Assembly (NCBI GenBank): GCA_964016885.1
Contig: OZ024741.1
Coordinates: forward strand, 212,226,001-212,290,000
DNA: 64,000 nucleotides
Reading direction: 5' to 3'
Origin: Eledone cirrhosa
Lineage: Eukaryota
The position numbers were made by a program, and so were the translations under genes. Each line of letters begins with the position of its first letter. Positions within the stretch are counted from its first letter, which is position 1. Below the pieces are notes generated by a model that was not told the DNA's origin, ran no database searches, and saw nothing but the letters and a program-made list of their open reading frames with translations. Below, one piece after another: positions 1 through 13,121 of this stretch.

Positions 1-241
1 ATACTTGGGGAGGGTCATTTTGTAATAGTCTAACAAATTCAGTCTAATTACCTCTTCATAGAAATAGTTGACAGCGTCCCAGGGGCAACGCAGTCAAGTT
101 TGTTTCCGACCAGGGCCATTTATACCTAATTTATTAGACAATCTTTTCATGATAAAAATAAATACTATAAGCTTCTAAATTTTCAATGAATACATATTCG
201 CTCAACGTTTCTAAAAATAGATTATATATATAATAAATATT

Positions 242-395
242 TCTTCTGATGAATGATGACAGACAAAAGTATCTGTCTTCAAGAAACCATTGGTAAATGT
301 AATAATTATGTTATGTTGTTTATTTCATAACTAAAAAGCTCTGTAGCCTACATAGAGCACTCTCTTTTCCTTTACCTTTCCTACGGAAATACTTC

Positions 396-400
<5 letters not shown>
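242..400 (+). mobile_element. PLE-type terminal-repeat fragment containing a hammerhead motif (242-299)
   Basis: CTGATGA(246) - stem GACAGA/TCTGTC - GAAA CCATTGG TA, then a tail ending in (TA)n. Homologous reverse-strand copy at 8682-8850. Confidence 0.7.
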
Positions 401-445
<45 letters not shown>

Positions 446-609
446 TGGTGAGAGCGAGAAACATTAGTGTCTGCTGTTTTGTTTACATGCCATCACAATA
501 GCAAGAATGAAGGGCTCATTCTACTGACATGGCTTTAAAAATGAGGCTCTTTGTATAATTGCAAACAAATCGAATATTATTATTATTATTCGAAAAACTC
601 AGATTACAT

Positions 610-956
<347 letters not shown>

Positions 957-1139
957 TATATATATATATATATATATATGTATCTATATAGATATGTGTG
1001 TGTGAGTGTGTGTGTAAATAGATATATGGGATAGGGTGCATGCATCAATGACTCAGTGAGAATTGTTTGCTCCAGGTACATTACCATTCGTTGAAAAGTC
1101 TTTTAGTTAAATATAAAACTATATATGTATGTGTACCTG

Positions 1140-1184
<45 letters not shown>

Positions 1185-1187
<3 letters not shown>

Positions 1188-1292
1188 TGCTACTGTACGT
1201 CTGTATACATATATGTATGTACGTATACATACATACTTACATTTAAGTAAGTGCCGTACTAAGAGTGAGAAATGAAATTTCGTTTTCATTTT
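1185..1292 (+). mobile_element. 3' fragment of the 438-bp hammerhead repeat family
   Basis: GCATGCTACTGTACGTCTG...GTACTAAGAGTGAGAAATGAAATTTCGTTTTCATTTT is nearly identical to 34525-34633. Confidence 0.8.
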
Positions 1293-1590
1293 ATTACAAC
1301 CTATATATATTTATAAAAACAAATGGCGGCGGTTTAAATCCTACAACGATAGAGAGTTGAAAATATCGAAAATAGAGAAAAATGTCCTCTAATTTAAAAA
1401 CTAGCCTGTGCCTGACATCATTATATATTTATATAAAATATGTTGCTATGACAACCAGCTGATGAAAACAGTGCTTTATAAATTGCTGTTAATGTTGTTA
1501 TAATTACGGTAAAATATTTAGTATTTCAGTTTCTGCTGAATTACATTACACTCACGCAACCACTATCTCAATGTTTCAATACCTCGCCAC

Positions 1591-1629
<39 letters not shown>

Positions 1630-1848
1630 TGTATGTGTGTGTGTGAGTGAGTGTGTGTATGTGTGCGAGTGAGTGTGTACGTGTGCGAGTGAGTGTGTGT
1701 ATGTGAGTGAGTGTGTATGTGAGTGAGTGTGTGTATGTGTGTGAGTGAATGTGTGAGTGAGTGTATGTGTGCGTGTGTGTGTAAGTGAATGTCTGTGTGT
1801 GCGTGTGTGTGTGTAAGTGTGTGTGTGTGTGTAAGTGTGTGAGTGTGC
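1591..1848. repeat. Compound (TG)n/(GAGT) microsatellite
   Basis: Direct reading. Confidence 0.95.
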
Positions 1849-2042
1849 TTTGAACCACCGTCGGTTCCGATGGCCACGATGAGTGTTGTAGTTGTTCGAT
1901 AAAAATAGACAGTTGATGGTATGAAGGTGCAAATAGCGGAGATACGTGTACAGTACACTTAACCTAAACCTCAGGGAGATTCAGGGAGACCGTGAGTGTG
2001 TATGATCATATTTCCCAGTTCACGTATAGCACTTCATTCGTG

Positions 2043-2466
2043 AGTCTTATTCTACCTCCGTATTAAATACCCCAGTCTTATTCTACCTCCGTTTTAAATA
2101 CCTCAGTCTTATTCTACCTCCGCATTAAATACCTCAGTCTTATTCTAACTCAGTCTTATTCTACCTCTGTATTAAATACCTCAGTCTTATTCTACCTCAG
2201 TCTTACTCTACTTCTGTATTAAATACCTCAGTCTTATTCTACCTCCGTATTAAATACCTCAGTCTTATTCTACCTCCGTATTAAATACCTCAGTCTTATT
2301 CTACCTCCGTATTAAATACCTCAGTCTTATTCTACTTCTGTATTAAATACCTCAGTCTTATTCTACCTCTGTACTAAATACCTCAGTCTTATTCTACCTC
2401 CGTATTAAATACCTCAGTCTTATTCTACCTCCGTATTAAATTCCTCAGTCTCATTCTATCACCGTA
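2043..2466. repeat. 31-bp minisatellite, ~13 units with 16-bp half-units
   Basis: Unit CAGTCTTATTCTACCTCCGTATTAAATACCT. Confidence 0.95.
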
Positions 2467-3107
2467 TTTTGTGTGAGTGAGTCAGTAAGTGTATGTTAGA
2501 TCGTATGTTAGCGTACGTTAGAGCTCTTGTTACGACGACAACGAGAATTCAAATTATTTCATCAATGGAATGGCATCCTCCTGAAATTAAATTCCAAATG
2601 GAGAGCAATTCACAGTCTCGTGTACTATTCCAGCAATTGTCAGAGAGATTCTGTGAGACATTCACTGACAATGATGACACCTCGAATTACAGGTACGTTT
2701 CATGATATAGTGTAAGTGGTTAGGGATTTGACACGCACATATATCGCTTAGAAAAATTCTCAGGGAGATTCAGTGTAATACAATGAGTGACGGGAAATGC
2801 TTTTGAATTACAGGTAAAAGTAATATTTTCTATTGAGTGGACAAAATCAACAGAAAATATAGTTTCTTGCTTAAGGAGACATTGAGCTGACGATAGTCGA
2901 ATTTACGACCTTATAATGAACCGAAAGCCTCAATCACAGTCGATTTCATATACAAACACATGTGCATACACATAGACCCATACATACAGATGTATATGTA
3001 ACTGAGAATGTATGTGTGCGATAGATATGTTAATTCTATATGTATACACAAGTATAAATCTCAAATGGTATTTGACACAGATTTAGATGCATTTAACTAT
3101 AAAAGAT

Positions 3108-3154
<47 letters not shown>

Positions 3155-3155
<1 letters not shown>

Positions 3156-4336
3156 TAGCAGTAGTACCCAGCGATGCCTAGGTAGGTAAAATAATATCTG
3201 CTTTGATGAAAAGTTGTTGATCTTTGCGACTGCTTCTCGATGACTCATCTATGGCCACACACACAGGCCATGCGCGGGAGGGTGGTGATGACCTCTATCA
3301 CTGAGAAACGCGGGTGACTGACGAAGTGGCATGCTGGGAGAGGGAGGTAACGATCTCTAACATTAAGCCAAATTTCCTCACGCTACTTGATTGGAAACCG
3401 ATCAATTCTAAAATACACAACTAAAAGCTCAGACGACGTCAGTGGCCATCGTTTTACTTTTCACCATCTATAAGATGTGCAATGATAGGTTCTATCGTAG
3501 TATAAAAGTTGAACCAAATAAATTGATTTATGTGTGAGGTGGAACCGAAGTTTCGAATTTGAACGAAATCGGTTGAAAAATGTGGGAGCTAATGATAGGT
3601 CGCGTCCCTGAAAAAAAAATGCAAAGTGTAAAGCTACTATAAGATGTGCAATGATAGGTTCTATCGTAGTATAAAAGTTGAACCAAATAAATTGATTTAT
3701 GTGTGAGGTGGAGCCGAAGTTTCGAATTTGAACGAAATCGTGTGAAAAATGTGGGAGCTAGAGCCGAAAAGGCGGAAATTTGAGCGAAAAGGTGGTATTT
3801 TCGAATATTTAAGCTGATGCCACGGCGTTCCTGAACAAAAATTCCAAATTGGAAAGCCACTTTAAGACGTGAAATAATAAGATCTAGCGTAGTGTAAAAT
3901 TTGAACAAAGTAGGTTGATTAATGTGGGAGCTAGAGCCGAAATTTGAGTCTAAAAGTGGTATTTTTGAATATTTAAGCGGCTGCCACGCCGACCCTAAAC
4001 AACAAATGCAAAATATAAAGTCATTACAGGATATGTAATGATGAATTCTTTTTTGCTTTAAAATTTAAACGAAATCGGTGGCAAAATGTGGGAGCTAGAG
4101 CCAAAAATCTTATTTTTCGATACCTAAAAAAAAGTGACCCCCTATCGATTTTTATCTGCAGAATTAGCCCGGAATAATAAAACGATACGCTGATATATAG
4201 AAAAGACCCTGCAATGACTACTCTATGAGCCTGTAAAGTTTCATGAAAATCGGTCGTAAGATGTAAGCCTCTATATGTAATACACAGACACACACACACA
4301 CACACACACACATACACACTTTTATATATATACAGA
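3155..4336 (-). mobile_element. Non-autonomous Helitron
   Basis: On the minus strand it starts with TC (4336) and ends with CTAG (3155), preceded by a GC hairpin (TACCCAGC-GAT-GCCTAGGTA on +). Inserted between A and T inside (TA)n. Internal ~120-bp duplication 3468-3591/3638-3760. Confidence 0.75.
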
Positions 4337-4344
4337 TATATATA

Positions 4345-4422
4345 GGTTTATCCCTGGTTCAATCGGGGGTAACCACGATAAGTAAGGTACTCAATACCAA
4401 GCAGAGTATAAATATTTAATAA
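4345..4422 (-). mobile_element. Short PLE terminal-repeat 3' end
   Basis: Matches 35363-35440, which is contiguous with a hammerhead motif. Confidence 0.6.
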
Positions 4423-4488
4423 TACATACATACATACATACATACATACATACATACATACATACACACTCACATATATATATCTAAA

Positions 4489-4735
4489 GTCTGTCTTATC
4501 ACGGTTTCATGGCGTGAAGCGTCTGAGATTACAATACTCCCCCATGGACAGGACGCCAGTCCATTGCAGGGTTAAATCTCCAGTTATTGCTGGTACTTAT
4601 TTTCAACTGAGTAAACTGGAGCAACGTGAAATAAAGTGTCTTGCTCAAGGAAACAACACATCACCCGGTCCGAGAATTGAACTCACAACCTTTCGATTGC
4701 AAGCCTAATGCTCTAACCACTAAGCCATGCGCTTT
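4489..4735 (-). mobile_element. tRNA-derived SINE with V/Meta-like core
   Basis: Minus strand: A box TGGCTTAGTGG, B-box-like GAGTTCAATTC, core CCTTGAGCAAGACACTT...CCTGCAATGGACTGGCGTCCTGTCC. Confidence 0.8.
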
Positions 4736-4754
4736 CATCACACACACACAAATA

Positions 4755-5640
4755 GGCACACGGTGAAACTTTCCTACTCAACCACGCGCTCCGTAGCCCA
4801 GCACATAGCCGGCATAAATAGGAATAGGCTCACTGCCTCTAATACCACCGTAAACCCTGGAGCCACCCAACGGAACCAGCACACGGGACGCACCAGACGC
4901 CGGACAGGCCCAACTAGCACAGCGGAACCCAACGACCCTGATTGCGGCGGCTACCCAGCCAACCCCGAGTGAGTGTAACCACGCGGTACATGTGCAAGGG
5001 CTTAAGAAGTCATGCAATTGCCGAGACCCATCACTATGCCCCCTTAGTAATGAATGCATGACGAAAAACGTAGTCTACAGGTGCAAGGTCACAACCCCCA
5101 ACTCGGAGCACCACTACATAGGATCCACGGCGACGAGCTTCAAAGATAGGTGGTATAACCATCGCCATTCCTTTAACAGAATAGAACAGAGGAGATGTAC
5201 GGCCCTTTCTGAATTGATCTGGAAGCTCAAACTTGAAAAAACCCCGCACTCTCTGGTCTGGTCTGTGGTTAGAAAGGTTCCCCCGGACAGAGGTGGGTCT
5301 GGTATTTGCAACCTCTGTCTTAGTGAGACACTCGAGATACTTCATGGCGGAACCAAGCTATTTAACAGAAGGGCCGACTTTTTCGGCGCCTGCAGACTCC
5401 TAAGGACGGGAACTTTCCTCAAGCTATATGGATAAACCCTGGTTATGGCCTCCCACAACGCCGCCCCCTCCCCTGTAGATCCCCTAGACCCCGTACCAAT
5501 GACCAATGGGCAAAAACACCCACCCATAGTTTGTAGTCTCTACGGTGGATTGTCCACCGGATCCTCTACTGGTTAGGAGTCAGCAAAACCATGTTTATTG
5601 AACCTGAGGACCCCCACCGGAAGTGGCCCACACAGGAAGA
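4755..5640 (+). mobile_element. 5'-truncated Penelope-like element, Hydra-type GIY-YIG endonuclease (ORF 4992-5435) plus 3' UTR
   Basis: CxCx5C linker CNCRDPSLC, VVY...YIG, FKDRWYNH, LSELIWKLK, CNLC. Truncated HHR start CTGAGGA near 5605. Confidence 0.85.
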
Positions 5641-5644
5641 ACAA

Positions 5645-6957
<1,313 letters not shown>

Positions 6958-7983
6958 AAGAGATAGAGAGAGAGAGAGAGTGAGAGAGAGAGAGAAAGAG
7001 AGAGAGAGTTATATACACCCCTACACACATTCATTTATAAAGTTTATATGAAACTTTGGGAGTTGGGAATATTTTGGGGAAGCTGGTGCATGCAGCGTAG
7101 AGATAAAGATGAACACTATTGTAAAGTAAGACAAATAAGACAAAATTTGTTCTCGAAAAAAGGTTTCAACGCCGAAATATAAAGGTAAAATTGTAAAACT
7201 TTGTTTTGTGTTATCTTCCTTTGCTCTAGATTTCAATACGGTATCTCTACCTCACATTGTACTAACTTTCAGGAGATAATCACAACTGCACACACAAACA
7301 CACAAATATATATACAGCTGCGCAGGTTTGCCTTTGTGTATATCGAATAAAAGTAATGCGAGACGTGCGAAAAAAAAAATCCTTTACGAGTTATGTAGTC
7401 AATTGTACATTTTTCTATTACGGAAACAAATTGTGTCTTTAATTAAATATTTCTATTTCAACTTTTAGATTTTTCAAGATCAAATATTTTCGAAGACTTT
7501 ATGAGGTTCGTTTTTTGACACGCTTTGTTTGAGATGGATTTGCATGGTTAAAGGACGCCTAAAGTTTGAACAAATTGCTTTCTGTTTGAAAGAAAAAAAC
7601 AGAAAGAAATCATACTTTCATATAACATTTCTATCAGAAAGCTTCTATTATAAATAAACGTAGAGGTTTATAGAAATTCATATCTAAATATTAAAAGCCG
7701 ATGATGTCGACTACGAAAGCGTAAATTTTTATAAAGAGAATCATACAAAAAGAATTCCTCAACATCATCTGATTAATTTAAATAGGTTTTATATAGAACG
7801 TTCTAGATCTACGGAAATATATTTTCTTCCTTTCAGAGATTCGGATTGCTGGTAATTTCAATTAGAGTTTTGTATGTGTCTGGAGTATTTAATATATTTC
7901 CGCAGCGAAGTTTGTCTTCAGAAAGCTCTTTATACGCAGAGAACTACAAAAACATAATATACTCTGCATAACATATCTATATG

Positions 7984-8026
<43 letters not shown>

Positions 8027-8170
8027 ATGTGTGCGGGTCTGTGTGTAAGTATATGTATATATATATATATATGTATATGTGTGTGTATGTCTGTGTCTAT
8101 ATATATATATATTTATATATATGTATATGTGTGTCTGTGTGTGTATATATATATGTGTGTTTGTGTATGC

Positions 8171-8203
<33 letters not shown>

Positions 8204-8369
8204 AGACTGTGTGTGTGTCTATGTCTGGGCAATCAGATGAAGCGACAAGGCCAAAACCTCGAAGTCATTGTCACATTTAAGCAATTTGATATTTTAAACT
8301 GTCATCCCGTTTAATATGCCTGTATATATAGCTGTGTATATAATACGCTTAGGTATATAATATGTCTAA

Positions 8370-8413
<44 letters not shown>

Positions 8414-8474
8414 GTAGAACACTGGAAGGTAATATCCGTAGTCGTAGAACACTCAGTCCATGGGACGAGTTAGG

Positions 8475-8660
8475 TAGAAGTGATTACACAACAGTTAGTT
8501 CACCATACCGAGAACAATTGTTTCACCTTAGTGGATCATCAGCTCGTAAGTGACATGGTTATACGGTTCCGTATAACCGTGTCCATTACGAGCTGAGGAT
8601 CCGCTAAGGTGAAACAATTGTTCTCGGTATGGTGAACTAACTGTTGTGTAACCACTTCTA
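8475..8660. ncRNA. Palindrome made of two head-to-head hammerhead ribozymes (8509-8546 minus, 8589-8626 plus)
   Basis: CGAG-CTGA(T/G)GA-TCC..GGT-GAAA-CAATTG-TT-CTCG. Third copy at 37652-37691 in a PLE 3' end. Confidence 0.85.
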
Positions 8661-8681
8661 TATATATATATATATATATAT

Positions 8682-8850
8682 AAATGAAGTAATTCCGTCG
8701 GAAAGGTCCGGGAAAAAAGAGTGCTCTATGTAGGTTACGAAGCTTATTAGTTATGTAATAAACAACATAAGATAATTATTTCATTTACCAGTGGTTTCTT
8801 GAAAGCAAACAAAATTTGCTTTTAGTCATCAAAATGAAAAAAATCCTAGT
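8682..8850 (-). mobile_element. PLE-type terminal-repeat fragment with HHR (8782-8836)
   Basis: Homolog of 242-400 with compensatory stem II changes; core TTGATGA. Confidence 0.7.
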
Positions 8851-8851
8851 G

Positions 8852-8947
<96 letters not shown>

Positions 8948-8979
8948 TGTGTGCGTGTGTGTGCCTGTCTACGTATCTA

Positions 8980-9141
8980 GAAAGTCGAATAAATCGGCCC
9001 CGGTAAATTACTGGTACTTTATTTTATCGACCCCGTAAGGATGAAAGGCGAGATTTGAACTCAGATCATAAAAATCCGTAACTCTATGCTCTCAAAGAAT
9101 GGTGTCCGACCCTCTACCGATACTGCCAATCCACCGCCCTT
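8980..9141 (-). mobile_element. tRNA-derived SINE with Nin/Deu-like core
   Basis: GGCGGTGGATTGGCAG...GAGTTCAAATC...TTTCATCCTTACGGGGTCGATAAAATAAAGTACCAG; homolog at 57906-58055. Confidence 0.75.
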
Positions 9142-9145
9142 ATAT

Positions 9146-9149
9146 AATG

Positions 9150-9208
<59 letters not shown>
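9146..9208. repeat. (TAA)n microsatellite abutting the LINE 3' end
   Basis: Direct reading. Confidence 0.97.
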
Positions 9209-9209
<1 letters not shown>

Positions 9210-9458
9210 TTTTCTTTATTACCACAAGGTTTTACATAAAGTAGACATTAAGGACAGTACAGGACAATACAAGACGGTACAAATGGGCATTTCTGCGTGT
9301 TAAAAACAAAAACAGAGGATGTAACAAAAAAATAACAATGAAAAATTCCCCAGTAGGGGGGAGACTTCGGAGGGACATTTGTGGAGAAAGCCCAGTAAAA
9401 GGCCACAGTGACCCTGACCACCAAGGCAAGTGCCCTCTCCCAGTTTTCCACCTTTAAT

Positions 9459-12400
9459 TTACAGATATATACTCAGAGTAGGCCCATTCACTCGGGCCAG
9501 TATTGCTTCTCTCACCCATCTTTCAACAAAATGCTGGGAGGAGAGCACTTCCCTCTCTACTCTGATTTTCCTTTTCAAATGAAATTTGAAAAAGTCAATC
9601 AGGGCATCACCGAAGAGGTAAGTGCTCGTCTTCAGCCCTTTCAAACGTGTCCACCATACTATCTCTTCCGCCATGGCCACCAGACAGATAAAAACTGCCT
9701 GTCCTTCCCGGCTAAAGGAGGAGGGCGGGGCAATCTTCACGATGGACTCAGATGATAGCCGGATCCGTCCTACACGCGACAGCAGGTGTTCGACATAAAC
9801 CCACAAGCCAGCAATTTTCGGACACTGGACGAGTGCGTGCAGGACGGTTTTGTCACCCTGCGCGCATCTTGGATATGCCCGACTGACGACACCTCCATGC
9901 CTGTAGAGTTTATCCCAAACTGGCAAGGCTCCTCAGTAGCACTGCCAGGCCAGAGATTTCTGGAAGTTGTCCATAGGCCCCGGCCCGAAAGTTCTTCCGA
10001 AGAGATTGGCTAGTTGATTTTCGTCGACGCCTAGAGTTTCCCCAAGAACGTTCGTCGCTCTTCCCCTCCACTAATCCTCTATAGAACGCCGAGGTGGAGT
10101 TTCCACCGATCACATTGCCCGATTGGTCGAGGGCTGTGAGTGCCTGAAGACAGTTCAGTCTCCAGGCGCGCCTCTCAGTCTTCACTTGACCCAAGACTGC
10201 AGCTCCGTCAAGGAAACGAGCTGGGGAAATACGTGTCTAGCAAACGGCGACCACACCTGATCACTGTCGATGAAGAGGTGGAGATGTCGTAGCCTGAGCA
10301 CGTGCCTGCGCATCATCAGCCACGGCATGCCCAGCCCTCCACGTAGCGGGTGTTGACAACAGATGGACCGCCTGACCATCGGAGCGCGTCCCTTCCACAA
10401 AAAGCGAAAGAGCAAACGCTCCAGCGCAGTCAGGCGAGGCTTAGGACAAGGTACGACGGGCAGGCGGTAGCAGATGACAGACGCGATGCACGCGTTAGCC
10501 ACCTCCGCTCGACCTTTCAGGGATAGCTTCCTCTCTGGGTGAGAGAAGCCACCCTGCTCGTCACCTCGTCCCACTTTTTGTCCGTCTGGAGATCCGGACC
10601 GAACCAGACCCAAAACAATTTAACGGGTCCGTCCGTCCAGCGTCCGACGACACTGTTGGACGGCATGGACCTGCCTCTCAGGTGCCGAGCTGCAGGACCA
10701 CTGACTTTTCCTGGTTGATCATTGCTCCTGTGTCCATTTCGTATTCTCTTAGTGTAGTGCCGATCGCCTCGATATGTTTGGCGTTCGACATCACTACGGT
10801 GACATCGTCCGCATATGCTGACACAGATCTTCCGCATCCTAGTTCGCGCGGGACGCCCCTCAACGTCTCCAGTTTGTGCAGTAATAGGCTCGAGAGTCAA
10901 TACGTTCAAGAAGGACGAGAGGGGACATCCTTCGCGGACCGAGCGCATGATGTTGAACGGTTCCGAAAGGTGACCGTTCACTCTCACAACAGAGCAGATG
11001 TCGGGCCCAAAGCCAGCCGCCCTCAGGGCTGCCGCTAGATAACGATGGTCGACCCTATCGAAAGCTTTCGACTGATATAAATTGATCAAAGAGCCACCCG
11101 TTCCAGGTTCCCTAGCTACCCTCTCTACGATGTATCGCATGATGTAGAGGTTGTCGTGGATGGATCTGTCGGGAATGGCGCGTGTCTGCGCCTCTCCCAC
11201 CAGACCACCAACGACAAGCGCCAACCTTTTTGCTAGCACCTTGGCCAAAATCTTGAACTCTGTGTTTAGCAGAGTTATGGGCCTGAAATTATCTATGTTA
11301 TCCCTCTTGTTCGGATCCTTTCTCAGCAGTGCCACCAGACCTCGGCTCACAGAGCTGGGAATTCTCCCGTTCTGTTGCCAGTTGCAGTAGACGTCCGCCA
11401 AGAGGCCTCCGAACAAGTCTGGCATCTGTACGTAAAGTTCATAGGGCAGACCATCCAAACTAGGCGATTTACCCCTTGTGCAGCCAGTCATTGCCTCCCG
11501 TACTTCAGCGGCTGTTATCGGCTTTTCGCAACACTCCGCCTCAGTGGCCGAGAGCCGCGGCAGTCCGTCGAGGTAGACACTAAAGTCCCTCGACCCGGCC
11601 CACCACTTCCCCCGAAACGCTGAGCGAAGTGTCGCTGAAAAGCTTCACACATTTTCCCGGGATCGAGTAGCATGCACCCGTCGTGGTCCACCAAAGACCG
11701 GATCGTGGCTTTGTTGCCACGATGCGCCTCCACCACTCGGGCCCATTGAACGGCTTTCGTCCCCTCGTGTCTGAGAGCACGCACCCTAGCTCTGACAACG
11801 CAGCCTTCGTGCTTTGCATTGAAGAATTGGTCAAGGGCCAATTTCGCCGCAAGCACGTCGGTCGCGATGCCTTTGCTAAGCGCCTCGTTTATTTTTCTAA
11901 CTAGTTCTCCCTCTGCTCTATTTTTCTCTATTGCTAAAGCCTTACTAAACCTAATGGATTCTATTCTAATCGCTATTTTAAGAGGAAACCCCAGTTGTTG
12001 TTGACGATGGCACCTGTCAACGCCCGCTTAACTAGTTCGCTAATCCGGTCTCTGTAGGCCTTGCGCGCTGGTAAGGACGCGTTTAGCTTCCAGTAGCCGG
12101 GTCCTCGTCTATGAAGCCTATCTAAGTCAAGCACACAGATCACGAGTTTGTGGTCCGAGTAGCTGACTATCTTGAATTGTGGACAGCCTATGCTAGACCT
12201 ATCCATTTCCCTACAAAATACTCTATCTAGATATGATCTGGATGACCCTATGCGATTTGTCCAAGTCCACATTGGCACATTCGGGAAATCCAATCGGTAC
12301 CTGTCAGACAGTTCAAAACGTCTGAGCAGGTTGGTGAGGCTCTTGCACCCTCCACCCCTATCCGCTAATCCCACACAGTCCCAGCGTGCATCTAAGATCC

Positions 12401-12830
12401 CGTTCCAGTCGCCCACTAACACTGAAGAGCGGGACGTACCAAGAAAGGTCTCCAGACGCCGGAAGAAATCAGGTCGCCCTGCTCCTGTCGGGGCATAGAC
12501 GGTCACTAGCCTGAAAGCTGGCCCGTCTCCGCTGGTCACGTCCAGCACCACCGACTTACCCTCTGGGTCCAGGAAGATGGCCCGTATGGCGAGATCAAAA
12601 CCTCTCCGAAAAAGCACAGCACCTCCTCCTCCCGATCCAGGACGGCAGGGAGCTGCGTACACATCGTAGCCGCCGAAGATCGGTGCTAAGGCCCATGCTT
12701 CGGAGATTCTGGTCACGCTGATGGCCACTACATCTATGTTTAGTGCCCTGAGGTCGTTGAGCAGGCGGCCCTGCTTCCATTACGACTCCAAGCCACGCGT
12801 ATTTATGCTGCCTGTTCTGAGTGAGGTCAT
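9459..12830 (-). pseudogene. LINE ORF2: AP endonuclease - reverse transcriptase - C-terminal zinc-binding region, frameshifted
   Basis: APE motifs SINTRGL, VYAPT, GDWNG, SYLDRVF, SDHK. RT motifs KSPSLDGLP, RPITLLNTEFKILAK, KAFDRVDH, AYADDVTV. C-terminal PRC..TVLHALVQCP. Confidence 0.92.
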
Positions 12831-13121
12831 GTTTAAAATGGAGTGGAATAGATGGGAAAGACCACTTACCGTACTTTAGAGGAAGGATGGTTTCTCCATC
12901 CCTTTTCACTTGATCGTCTGGTGAAGGGACTATTGAATCCTCCCTTCGGCTGGTCGTCGGCTCTTCTATGAGTATGTCCGAATATACTCTTCGGTTGAGA
13001 GTCCCTCCTAGGTCTCTGAAATCACCAACTACGTTGGGGAATTTCGTTTTAATGTTTGTGTATTGTTTCTGTGCTATTTTTACCAGTCTTATGTTGGTTG
13101 GTGTTTTGATTGGTGCTGGTA

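Noticed and set aside
2043-2466. CRISPR-like regular repeats here and at 38.7-42.2 kb
   Set aside because: No unique spacers, no cas genes, eukaryotic context; ordinary minisatellites.
4660-4735. tRNA-like A/B boxes (also 9055-9140, 42385-42455, 57906-57990)
   Set aside because: They do not fold as complete cloverleaves and continue into SINE cores; these are SINE heads, not tRNA genes.
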